Origin: Candidatus Multivoradales bacterium
GTDB taxonomy: Bacteria > Acidobacteriota > Thermoanaerobaculia > Multivoradales > J023
DNA: 64,000 nt
NCBI GenBank assembly: GCA_965248925.1
Contig: CBDFLE010000006.1
Coordinates: 3,008,001 to 3,072,000, forward strand
Reading direction: 5' to 3'
Part shown: piece after piece, positions 9,666-17,436 of the stretch
Layout: the number at the start of each line of letters is the position of its first letter
Position numbering within the stretch: the stretch's first letter is position 1
Notes under the pieces: model-generated
Seen by the model: the letters and a program-made list of their open reading frames with translations, nothing else
Told to the model about the DNA's origin: nothing
Databases searched by the model: none
Made by a program: the position numbers and the translations under genes

Positions 9666-10241
9666 GTGGAAAGACGAGCCTCTCCCGCAGACCTCACCCG
9701 CCTGTTGCATGAGTGGCGGACTGGCAGCTCGGCGGCCCAGGAAGAACTCTGGCCGGTGATCTATCACCAGCTCAAGAGCCTCGCTCGCGGTGTGCTGCGG
9801 CGTGGCGGCGGTAGGGGAAGGCTGGGCACCACCGCCTTGCTGCACGAGGCTTATTTGCGGTTGGTGGGCTCGGAGTCGCAAGTGCCGTGGAATGATCGTC
9901 AGCATTTCTATGCGGTCGCCGCACGGGCGATGCGCTACGTGCTGGTGGATCATGCCCGCCAACGACTGTCAAAGAAGCGCGGCCAAGGCGAAGTGTCGGC
10001 CGAGCTGCCAGCCGACCCTGCCGATCCCTCTTCGCATCGGCCGGAAGACCTGCTCGCCGTGCATCAGGCGCTCGGCAAGCTGGCCCAGATCCATCCCCGT
10101 TACGAGAAGTTGGTCGAGATGCGCTACTTCGCCGGCTTTTCAGTCGACGAGGCCGCCGACTTGTTGCAAGTGTCGCGTCCTACCGCGGTACGCGATTGGC
10201 GGGCGGCTCGCACCTGGCTCTACAGTGAGCTCCGGAGGTGA
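9666..10241 (+). CDS. Second ECF43-type sigma factor, divergent from the first
   Basis: C-terminal part of ORF 9105..10241 from GTG 9666 (start inferred): LTRLLHEW..G, GTTALLHEAYLRL, VLVDHAR, RYFAGFS, RDWRAARTWL. Confidence 0.9.
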   Translation: MERRASPADLTRLLHEWRTGSSAAQEELWPVIYHQLKSLARGVLRRGGGRGRLGTTALLHEAYLRLVGSESQVPWNDRQHFYAVAARAMRYVLVDHARQRLSKKRGQGEVSAELPADPADPSSHRPEDLLAVHQALGKLAQIHPRYEKLVEMRYFAGFSVDEAADLLQVSRPTAVRDWRAARTWLYSELRR

Positions 10242-11219
10242 ACTCCAGAAGTCAACTCCAGAGTGAACTCCGAGCGGAGAATCGTGCCGCAACTCTGCGA
10301 CGCTCAAGGTGAAAGCGCCGGCATCGCTGCCGGAGTGGTCGTCGACGGTCAGGTAGTAGGTGCCGGCTTGTAGGGTCTTGATCCACTCGGCAGCCCCGCT
10401 CGCCAGGGTCCGCGGCTGGGTGAGCAGTCGCTGACCCTCAAAATCGAGCAGGTTGGGAGCTTGGCTGGCCGCTGAGTCGAGGGCGATTCGGACCGTGGTG
10501 GCCCGTGGCAACACCAGGGAGAAGATATCTCGGTCGTCGCCCCAGCCGTTGCCGAATTCACCGCCGACCCTGGCACCAAGGGCGATTGGCGTAGCGCAGA
10601 GCAGCAGGTCGGCATGGTCGTCGTGGGTGGCGGCGCGGCACAGCTGAGTCAGGCGCTTGGGATTGGGTTCGATCTCGATCAACTCCGGGTCTTTGGGATT
10701 GGGTTCGATCTCGATCAACTCCGGGTCTCGCGGTGGCGGGACAAATGCCACAAAAGTCGAGCGCAGACGCAACTCGCCCAACCGCCGGAGCGGGTCTTGG
10801 CTGCCGGCGCAAGTCAGCAGCCGGGTAGCGGTAGCTGCCCGGGCCAGGATGTAGGTGGCGCTTTGGTCGAGCACCTGCAACTCCGGACTCGCGGTGGAGA
10901 TCGACAACTGGGCCTCGTCGGCAGCTTCTCGGCTCCGCAGAGCGAGGGTCAGCAGGCCGGCACCAGGTATCTCGAGGTGGAAACAGCGCCGCACGCCGGC
11001 GGTGTAGAGCGCCTCGCGATGCTCGCTGCCGAGCTGGTGGTGGGTGGTGGTGGTGCTCAGTCCGATGGCGATCGCGGGGGTCGCCGCCGCGGCACTGGAG
11101 GCTAACGCGGTAGCCAGCAACAAGGTCAATAACCCGGCGGTCGAGCGCGGGCCACAGTGGCTGGCGAGCTGGCTGGCGAGCTGGCTGGCAGAAGTCTGGA
11201 AGGTGCTGGTCATAGACAT
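10140..11219 (-). CDS. Secreted protein with two PPC-like beta-sandwich regions separated by a duplicated acidic peptide
   Basis: Signal peptide (LLTLLLATALASSAAA); DDHAD..CAT, DRDIFSL and LQAGTYYLTV..GAFTLSV motifs; the C-terminus overlaps the ECF gene 3' end. Confidence 0.75.
   Translation of the reverse strand: MSMTSTFQTSASQLASQLASHCGPRSTAGLLTLLLATALASSAAAATPAIAIGLSTTTTHHQLGSEHREALYTAGVRRCFHLEIPGAGLLTLALRSREAADEAQLSISTASPELQVLDQSATYILARAATATRLLTCAGSQDPLRRLGELRLRSTFVAFVPPPRDPELIEIEPNPKDPELIEIEPNPKRLTQLCRAATHDDHADLLLCATPIALGARVGGEFGNGWGDDRDIFSLVLPRATTVRIALDSAASQAPNLLDFEGQRLLTQPRTLASGAAEWIKTLQAGTYYLTVDDHSGSDAGAFTLSVAELRHDSPLGVHSGVDFWSSPPELTVEPGASRPPIAYRGRTRHLQQVGGLVD
10238..10273. repeat. 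Triple 11-13 bp tandem repeat GT(G/C)AACTCC(A)GA
   Basis: GTGAACTCCAGAA-GTCAACTCCAGA-GTGAACTCCGA, beginning at the ECF stop codon. Confidence 0.8.
10657..10728. repeat. Perfect 36-bp tandem duplication encoding DPELIEIEPNPK
   Basis: TTGGGATTGGGTTCGATCTCGATCAACTCCGGGTCT occurs twice (10657-10692, 10693-10728). Confidence 0.95.
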
Positions 11220-11514
11220 AGTTTCCCCTTGACGGGCTGCTGCTGTACCTTTGAAAAGGTTTTGCAGCGGTGATCGAAGACGTCGTCGGAACGCTCTGTC
11301 CCGGCTTCATGGCGGTCCTCGAAAACGGGGAAAAAAAGGATCAAGAAGACTCAGGTTTCTTTTTCTTGACCGTAGCCAGCCTTCAAAGTCTTGTAAAAAG
11401 GTCGCCCGAGGGCCTGGTAGGCCGAGTTGAGCGAGTGGAATTGGAGGAGGAGAGCGTTAGAATGCCAAGTGGCACGCTGGCTCAGGTGTCCTGGTCTCAG
11501 CAGTAGAACTCACC

Positions 11515-12966
11515 ATGACGCACCATCCTCACCCTCCCTTTAGCAGCGGTCCCTGGACCGTACACCCAGCTTCAAGGACGCTCTCGAGCGACGGCCTGGA
11601 GACCCGGGTCGGGCATAAAGTGATGGCGGTGCAGGTCTGTCTGGTGGCGGCGGACGGTGAGTTGGTGACCAAAGATCAGCTAGTCGAGCGAGTCTGGCAG
11701 GGTGCCTTCACCACTGACGAAGCGGTGGCCACTGTGGTCTATGAGTTGCGCAAGGCACTCGGCGACGATGCTCGCCGGCCGAGCTTTGTCGAGACCATTC
11801 GCAAAGGAGGCTACCGCTGGCTGGCTGAGGTAACTCCCCTGCGACCGCCCATCTGGCGCTCGCCGCCGCCGCGCCACGCCGTGGTGTGGGCACTAGGTTT
11901 GGCGGCCGCGCTGGCATTGGTATTTGGGGTGGCGAGTCTGCTGCCCACAGGAGCAGGCGGGGCTCTCACTTCACCGCGCTGGTCCCGCCCGGTGGTGAAG
12001 AAGGTCGATCCGCGGGCCGCGGAAGCCTACGATCTAGGCAGCTATTTTCTCCGCCAGGGTACGCCGGTGGGCAACCGCAAGGCGCAGGATTATTTTCTCC
12101 AGGCGATCGAGCGTCAGCCGGCCTTCGCCGCCGCCTATGCCGGTTTGGCCAGCAGCTTCGTCGCCAGCACCGAGGGTCTAACCGGCACGGCGCGCAGCGA
12201 AGCCTTCCGCCAGGCCCGCGAGTCGGCCCAGGCCGCGCTGGCGATAGACGATGAACTCGCCGCCGCCCATGCCTCCCTGGCCAACGTCTCCTTCCGTCAT
12301 TCCTGGGATTGGCGCGCTGCCGAAGATCACTTCCGCCGTGGTTTGGCGGCGGCCGATCAGGCATTGGACCAGACCTGGGACTATGCCTTCTACCTGGCGG
12401 CGATGGGGCGCCATGCCGAGTCCATATCGGTGATGCGGCGGGTAGTTGCCGCCGAGCCGACCTCCAAACATGCCCGCTGGGCCTTGGGCCGGGTTTACTA
12501 TTTGGCTCGTCGGTTTGACGAAGCTTTGGTAGAGCTGGCCTGGGCGGGAGAACTCGATCCGGCCTATCTCCAGGCGGCCTTGCTTGAGACCGAGGTGTTT
12601 TTGGCCAGTGGTCACGCTGAAGCGGCGATCCAAGCTTGCCAGGACAGCTTGCGTCTGGCCGGTGACAGTGCCGAGCAAATAGCGGCTCTAGCCGTCGCCT
12701 TCCAGCACGGCGGACTCGACGGAGTTCTGCGCTGCTTGATCGAGCGCGAAGTAGAACGCGGCGCGAAAGGTTTTGCGGATCCGGTCCTCTTGGCCAGTCT
12801 GGAAGCTCGCCGTGGCGCCACCGAGCCTGCTTTGGCCTGGCTGTCACAAGCCTACGCCAGTCACCATCAGGATTTAGTCTGGCTGCAAGTCGATCCGGCG
12901 TTCGACAGCTTGCGTAACTCGGCCGAGTATAGGGCTCTGCTCAGCCAGCTCGGGCTAGGCGCCTGA
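11515..12966 (+). CDS. CadC/ToxR-like winged-helix regulator with TM helix and TPR sensor region
   Basis: LVTKDQLVERVW...VYELRKALGDDARRPSFVETIRKGGYR is an OmpR-type wHTH, followed by TM, TPRs and LQVDPAFDSLR. Confidence 0.9.
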   Translation: MTHHPHPPFSSGPWTVHPASRTLSSDGLETRVGHKVMAVQVCLVAADGELVTKDQLVERVWQGAFTTDEAVATVVYELRKALGDDARRPSFVETIRKGGYRWLAEVTPLRPPIWRSPPPRHAVVWALGLAAALALVFGVASLLPTGAGGALTSPRWSRPVVKKVDPRAAEAYDLGSYFLRQGTPVGNRKAQDYFLQAIERQPAFAAAYAGLASSFVASTEGLTGTARSEAFRQARESAQAALAIDDELAAAHASLANVSFRHSWDWRAAEDHFRRGLAAADQALDQTWDYAFYLAAMGRHAESISVMRRVVAAEPTSKHARWALGRVYYLARRFDEALVELAWAGELDPAYLQAALLETEVFLASGHAEAAIQACQDSLRLAGDSAEQIAALAVAFQHGGLDGVLRCLIEREVERGAKGFADPVLLASLEARRGATEPALAWLSQAYASHHQDLVWLQVDPAFDSLRNSAEYRALLSQLGLGA

Positions 12967-12985
12967 GACCGCAAGAATGGGCTTC

Positions 12986-13024
12986 CTCAAGTTCTCCTGA
13001 TCGAGATCTGAGGCCGATCTCAAG
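12986..13024 (+). promoter_or_regulatory. Four CT(C/G)A boxes phased at exactly 11 bp (candidate wHTH binding array)
   Basis: CTCAAG 12986, CTGATC 12997, CTGAGG 13008, CTCAAG 13019, upstream of the RBS/ATG at 13119. Confidence 0.5.
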
Positions 13025-13118
13025 CTTTCTAGCAGCGATCGAGCTAGCTTGCAGTCGGTCTTGGAGCCGGCTGCTCCAGAGCCCTACATCCAAGAACCGC
13101 AACCCAGGAGAACAGCTT

Positions 13119-13214
13119 ATGAGAGCCTTCTACCGTTGGTCCTTTGCCGCCATTAGTGTCCTGACAGTGCTGGCCGCGGTGGCGAGTGCTCTGCCCTGGC
13201 CAACTCGTGAGTGA
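13119..13214 (+). pseudogene. Truncated secreted-protein gene (signal peptide only)
   Basis: CAGGAG RBS; MRAFYRWSFAAISVLTVLAAVASA-LP then runs into antisense radC sequence and stops after 31 aa. Confidence 0.6.
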
Positions 13215-13827
13215 ACAGCAGATCGTGATCGCTGGGCGCGGGCGCGCCGCTGGGGTGGGTGTGATACGCGATCAAGGAGGCGGCATTGTGCTGTATCGCG
13301 GCACGCAGGATCGGCCCCGGCGCGGCGGCTGTTTGGCGCGCTGTGCCGCGAAAGATCTCGCACTTGGCGATCAGTCTGTGTCTCATATCGAGCAGTAGCA
13401 CACCAAGAACCTCTTGCTCGTAGTTGCCATCCAGGGCCAGGAACTCAGCAACCACCGCGGGCTGGTCGAGCAGGCGACGACGGCTGATCTTGGCTGCCGC
13501 CAGCCGCCGCATTAGCTCTCTCGCCGCCATCAAGACAGCCGCTCGCCCCGCGCTGGCACCGCTGCGCACCAATGCCACTCGCTCGGCGCAGAACAGCTCC
13601 CAGAGCCCGCCAATGGTTGGCAGCAGGCCCTGTGCCACATCCTCTACCGAGGGGTAACGCAGCAGCACCGCTATTAGCTCAGTATCCGTCAACCCAGCCG
13701 CCCCGTGGCGCAGCAGCCGATCCTTGGGCTTCAATCCGCTCGTCGACCGCTGAGCGGACTGGTCAGCTGCGGAGACCGCCATCCCGCCCGTGCTCAGCTC
13801 ACAAGGAAAGATTGCCAAGCCGTTCAA
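13153..13827 (-). pseudogene. radC: RadC/JAB-domain protein, C-terminally truncated
   Basis: PKDRLL..G...LTDTELIAVLL, EQEVLGVLLLD and HTHPSG.P.PS..D are present. The final LLDHxII strand is missing; homology stops near 13191. Confidence 0.75.
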
Positions 13828-14135
13828 GGCGTCTCCTCAGACCGCGTGCCCTGGTCGGACAAGGCGGCCAGGCTTTCGACCCCTCGGGCCAGTAACAGAT
13901 GGCCTTCCCTGAGCTTCTCGCGGGTTGCCGGCAGAATCAGGGTGAGACTAAGACCGCGCAGGTTGACATCGAGTTCGACGCTCAAGTTCCGCGCCATCTT
14001 CAGCATTGTCTTCAAGAAATTCTGCGCCGCCTGCTGATCGTCGAATTGCAGCGAGCAAACAAACGTTGCTGAGTCGCCCTCCTGCCGCCAATGAGAAAGG
14101 TCTTTCATGCCGAGTTGGATGCGTTCTGGTTTCAC
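13824..14135 (-). CDS. Pterin-4a-carbinolamine dehydratase (PCD/DCoH)-fold-like protein lacking the HHP motif
   Basis: Inferred GTG start with AGGA RBS. KPERIQ..L..W.....F.....A..F...HHP-equivalent is SVEL. The frame is open further upstream, so the start is uncertain. Confidence 0.5.
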   Translation of the reverse strand: MKPERIQLGMKDLSHWRQEGDSATFVCSLQFDDQQAAQNFLKTMLKMARNLSVELDVNLRGLSLTLILPATREKLREGHLLLARGVESLAALSDQGTRSEETP

Positions 14136-14160
14136 GTTGGAGTCCTGTCGAGAAGCTATT

Positions 14161-14207
14161 GAAAAAAGACCCGGTTCGGGGACGAGGGATGTAGCCCCCG
14201 AACCGGG
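14161..14207 (-). terminator. Intrinsic terminator (12-bp stem plus U tract on the minus strand)
   Basis: CCCGGTTCGGGG (14170-14181) pairs with CCCCGAACCGGG (14196-14207) and is followed by TCTTTTTT on the minus strand. Confidence 0.75.
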
Positions 14208-14464
14208 GATGGAGGACGAAGTGCCGCGGGGTACGGCATTATCGCCAAGGCTCTCAACCCCTCGGCTACTGTCCGGGGCGTACGCTGAGTTTGAATAAAC
14301 TGGCGCTCGGGCAAAGAGCAGCAGCTCTTGAATCAAGTTCTGCACGCTGGCCAGCAGTTCGGCTGGCGCTGAGCCATCGCGGGAATTCAGCATCAGCCGC
14401 CAGGTTTTGATCATCTGGGCGGCGGCGCCGAGGGAGGTTTGCCGCCGCATATCTTGCTCACGGG

Positions 14465-14815
14465 TCACCAGCCACACCTCGGCTCCGGTCTTGCTGCTCC
14501 AATTCGGCAAACATTGGCTGTCGGCGGCCTGGGCATCCCACTGTTGCCACAGTTCCGCGTCCGCGCGGCCATCTCGGTCAGCAAGAAATCGCTGTCCTGA
14601 CGCAAGTCGGCAACCCGGTTGCCCCACCTGCCCAGCGGGTAGAGCTGCGGCGCGGGGTCTTCGTCGCCTTGCCAGCGGGCACCGGGTGGGATCGGCGCCA
14701 GCAGGGCGCTGGGCCAGGGTTCCATCAATGCCCGTTCGGCGAGGATCTGGTGCTCGGCGGCCAGCAGGCCGGCACGGCGCAGATCCGCCAGTTGAATGGG
14801 GGATTGGTGGATCAC
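14465..14815 (-). CDS. Hypothetical protein, possibly frameshifted
   Basis: GTGA overlap with the upstream gene. The first ~80 aa look protein-like; the tail reads better in the adjacent frame. Confidence 0.4.
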   Translation of the reverse strand: MIHQSPIQLADLRRAGLLAAEHQILAERALMEPWPSALLAPIPPGARWQGDEDPAPQLYPLGRWGNRVADLRQDSDFLLTEMAARTRNCGNSGMPRPPTANVCRIGAARPEPRCGW

Positions 14816-15171
14816 GACGATTCTCCATCGCCGCCCTGCGGAACGGCTGCTGCCGCCTGGCTGGCCGGTCCCCGGCCATGGATGGTATTCGCCCCGGTCT
14901 CCCGCGCCGAGTCGCGCAGTAGCTCGGCCACAGCTTCGAGCACGGCCATGGAATACCCCAGAACCTGGAACTGAGCAGCGACTCTGGGAGTGCCGTCGGG
15001 GTTGGTGGCTTCGCCATCTAGTAGTTGGCGGTTGTTCTTCACAGCGGAGCCGAGCAATTTGCCGAGTCGCTGGTGTTCTTTTTTGACCCTGAAACTAGCT
15101 TCTAGCAGGTCGCGCCAGAAGGTGTCTTCGAAGGATGGGGCATCGCGCTCGGGTTTTGTTTCGTCGGACAT
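14812..15171 (-). CDS. Small helical hypothetical protein
   Basis: Strong AGAGGAGG RBS before ATG 15171; MSDETKPERDAPSFEDTFWRDLLEASFRV... Confidence 0.65.
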   Translation of the reverse strand: MSDETKPERDAPSFEDTFWRDLLEASFRVKKEHQRLGKLLGSAVKNNRQLLDGEATNPDGTPRVAAQFQVLGYSMAVLEAVAELLRDSARETGANTIHGRGPASQAAAAVPQGGDGESS

Positions 15172-15422
15172 GGTGGCCTCCTCTTGACCTGTGTTGTGGT
15201 CGGGAGCTTCGGCGTACTGGCGGTGGGCACGCAAGACATCGGCGCAAATAGGTGGTCAGACCGCCGGCAGGGCAAGCAGTAGAGTCGAGTGCTTGCAAGT
15301 GAGCAGGTCAATTACCGCCTCTCAGGTGGTGAAACTCATAAGAAATGCCCAAGACTTGAGAGAGAAAGCTCATCGACCTATACTTCTCCTGCTCCAGGAA
15401 ATGTCTAGAGGAGGGCCGAATC

Positions 15423-16892
15423 TTGAGCCAGAGAGGTACTACTAAGGAGCGTGTTTTGCGCCAATTGGGATTGCTGAAGGCAGACCATCGCGGTCAGGTC
15501 GGAGTGATCGAGAGGAGCCTTGGGTTGAAGGGCGATGGCTGTATCGCCCGCTATGTAAACGGAGCGCGAGGGCTGAGTATCGAGCGCTTGGGTCAGATTC
15601 TCGATGGCTTCGGCGGACCGCCAGAGAGGTTCTTCGCCAAGGCATTCGACCTCGAACCCTCATCTCCACCGCCAGCAGTCGGCAGCGGCAGCTGGCTGCT
15701 CCAGACCCTCCACTTGGGCGAACGAGAACCGCAGCCGATCCAAGAGCTTCGCAGAGCTGCCGAAAACTTGCCGACTCAGAGGCCAGATTCGCCGCCGACT
15801 GAAAGCTCGGCCATCCCGTTCGCCCGCGAGAGGGTCCCGCCGATGCTGACCACCGGCACCCTGCGCAAGCGTCGCGAACTCCTCTGCAACCCCATCTGCC
15901 AAAGTGGCGAGTTTGTCCGCCTAGCGGCCAAGATTCTCGATGACCATCGCTACGACAAGCCCCAAGATGCTGCCGCCCTGGCCCACCAGCTAGCAGTGAA
16001 GGTCTGCCCAGGCCTGCCGGCGGCCGAAGCCCACGATGCGTTTGCCACCGCTACTGGGGTCTTCGCCTCCTCGCATCGAATCGCCGCCAGCCACGAGATC
16101 GCTGCCCGTGCCTTGGCGAAGGTCTGTGATTCGGAATCGGCAGCTGTCCTGGGAGACTTGATGCAACGAACTACTGGATTGATGGTCTCCTACGGCCGCT
16201 ACACCGACGCGCTGGCTGCAAACGGCAAGGCGATGTGGATCCACGAGGGAACGGGGGACCTCATTAGGATAGGACAGGCCTCTAGCGAACGGGCAATGGT
16301 CTGTTACTTCGCTGGAGAACTTTCCCGCGCCGCCAACGCCGCGAAGACAAGTCTCGCCATTTTGCCGGCCGAGGAGGCCAGGCACGCCAGCACGGCCCAT
16401 CTCTGTCTGGCTCAGATGGCGATCGCCCAGGGCAACCTAGAAAGTGCGGACGCCTGCCTACGGTTTGCCGCAGACCTTGCCTCGGATATCTACTCGCAAG
16501 CCATGGTCAACTGGGTAGCGTCGGATCTGCTTCAGCTGACGGGGGACTTCGAGCGTGCACAGCTGCAATTGCGCGAGGTAACCGAGGCGCTGTGGACACT
16601 GAATGCCTTCGATGGTGCGTTATCGACCCTTGACTTGCTCAAGCTCTTGATGCGGCACGGAGAAGATGCTGAGGCATTCATCGTTGCCAGCACAGTCAGT
16701 CGGCTACTAAACCCGTACGTCAGCAATCGGATCGCCGAGGCTGCAGCCACCGAGCTGCTGAAGGTGCGCCGCAGCACTGGGCTCAACTTGAGGGCTGTTG
16801 AAGAGGCCCGGACCGCGCTCCAACACGGCAAACGGATGGGCCAAGACCCCCGGGGAGCGCGGCCGGCACGAGTATCTAACCGCCGGGAATAA
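15423..16892 (+). CDS. XRE-like HTH plus TPR-repeat regulator
   Basis: GAGGAGG RBS and TTG start. N-terminal IERSLGL...LSIERLGQILD..G.PPERFF resembles the HTH protein at 40540; C-terminal TPR-like helices (GALSTLDLLKLL..G...EA). Confidence 0.75.
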   Translation: MSQRGTTKERVLRQLGLLKADHRGQVGVIERSLGLKGDGCIARYVNGARGLSIERLGQILDGFGGPPERFFAKAFDLEPSSPPPAVGSGSWLLQTLHLGEREPQPIQELRRAAENLPTQRPDSPPTESSAIPFARERVPPMLTTGTLRKRRELLCNPICQSGEFVRLAAKILDDHRYDKPQDAAALAHQLAVKVCPGLPAAEAHDAFATATGVFASSHRIAASHEIAARALAKVCDSESAAVLGDLMQRTTGLMVSYGRYTDALAANGKAMWIHEGTGDLIRIGQASSERAMVCYFAGELSRAANAAKTSLAILPAEEARHASTAHLCLAQMAIAQGNLESADACLRFAADLASDIYSQAMVNWVASDLLQLTGDFERAQLQLREVTEALWTLNAFDGALSTLDLLKLLMRHGEDAEAFIVASTVSRLLNPYVSNRIAEAAATELLKVRRSTGLNLRAVEEARTALQHGKRMGQDPRGARPARVSNRRE

Positions 16893-17436
16893 TCATCGCG
16901 CCGTGCTGCGGCCCGCTTGATGGGGTCCAGATCTCTTTGCTAGTTGGTGTCATCAGATGCTCCTTCCCCCAGCGCAGCACCGGGCGCTGTACGGGAGGTG
17001 TTGGCCGCCAGCGTAGCGACGCTGACAGCAGGGTGTTGGGCGATCCTCCCGGCCTTCTTGGCAGGGGGGGACGTGGCCTCAGCCTATGGCAAGGCTGGGG
17101 TCCGGCAATCGCAGTTCAGACGCGCGACGCGAAACCGTCCGCTGGCCGTGGTCAGACACCGTCGACCGCCAAACCGCGAGGGAGTTTTGAACTCAACTAA
17201 TCGTGATCTAAGTCAGAGAATAACCAAGTTAAAAGGATAAATCTCTGTATTTCGAGTATTCTCTGGGGTGATTTCAATCACAGGATCCGCCCATGACCGT
17301 GAGCCAAAGAGCTAACGCCGTCATCCACCAACGAATCTGGCGAAGATCGCCAAGAAATGGGAAAGGCACAGAAACTGAGAAGGGAAGCTAGCTAGAAATC
17401 TGACCGGGGAGCCAAACCAGCAAGGAAAATATCCAG

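Noticed and set aside
10657-10728. 36-bp repeats as a CRISPR array
   Set aside because: Only two directly abutting copies, no spacer, in frame within a CDS, and no cas genes.
13824-15017. Single 397-aa protein from the ORF track
   Set aside because: The N-terminal half is Arg/Pro-rich shadow translation over two better ORFs, and a strong terminator lies inside it. Only the last ~103 aa are called.
15095-15311. Small CxxC-containing ORFs upstream of the 15171 gene
   Set aside because: Two alternative frames, no convincing RBS or family resemblance; neither can be supported.
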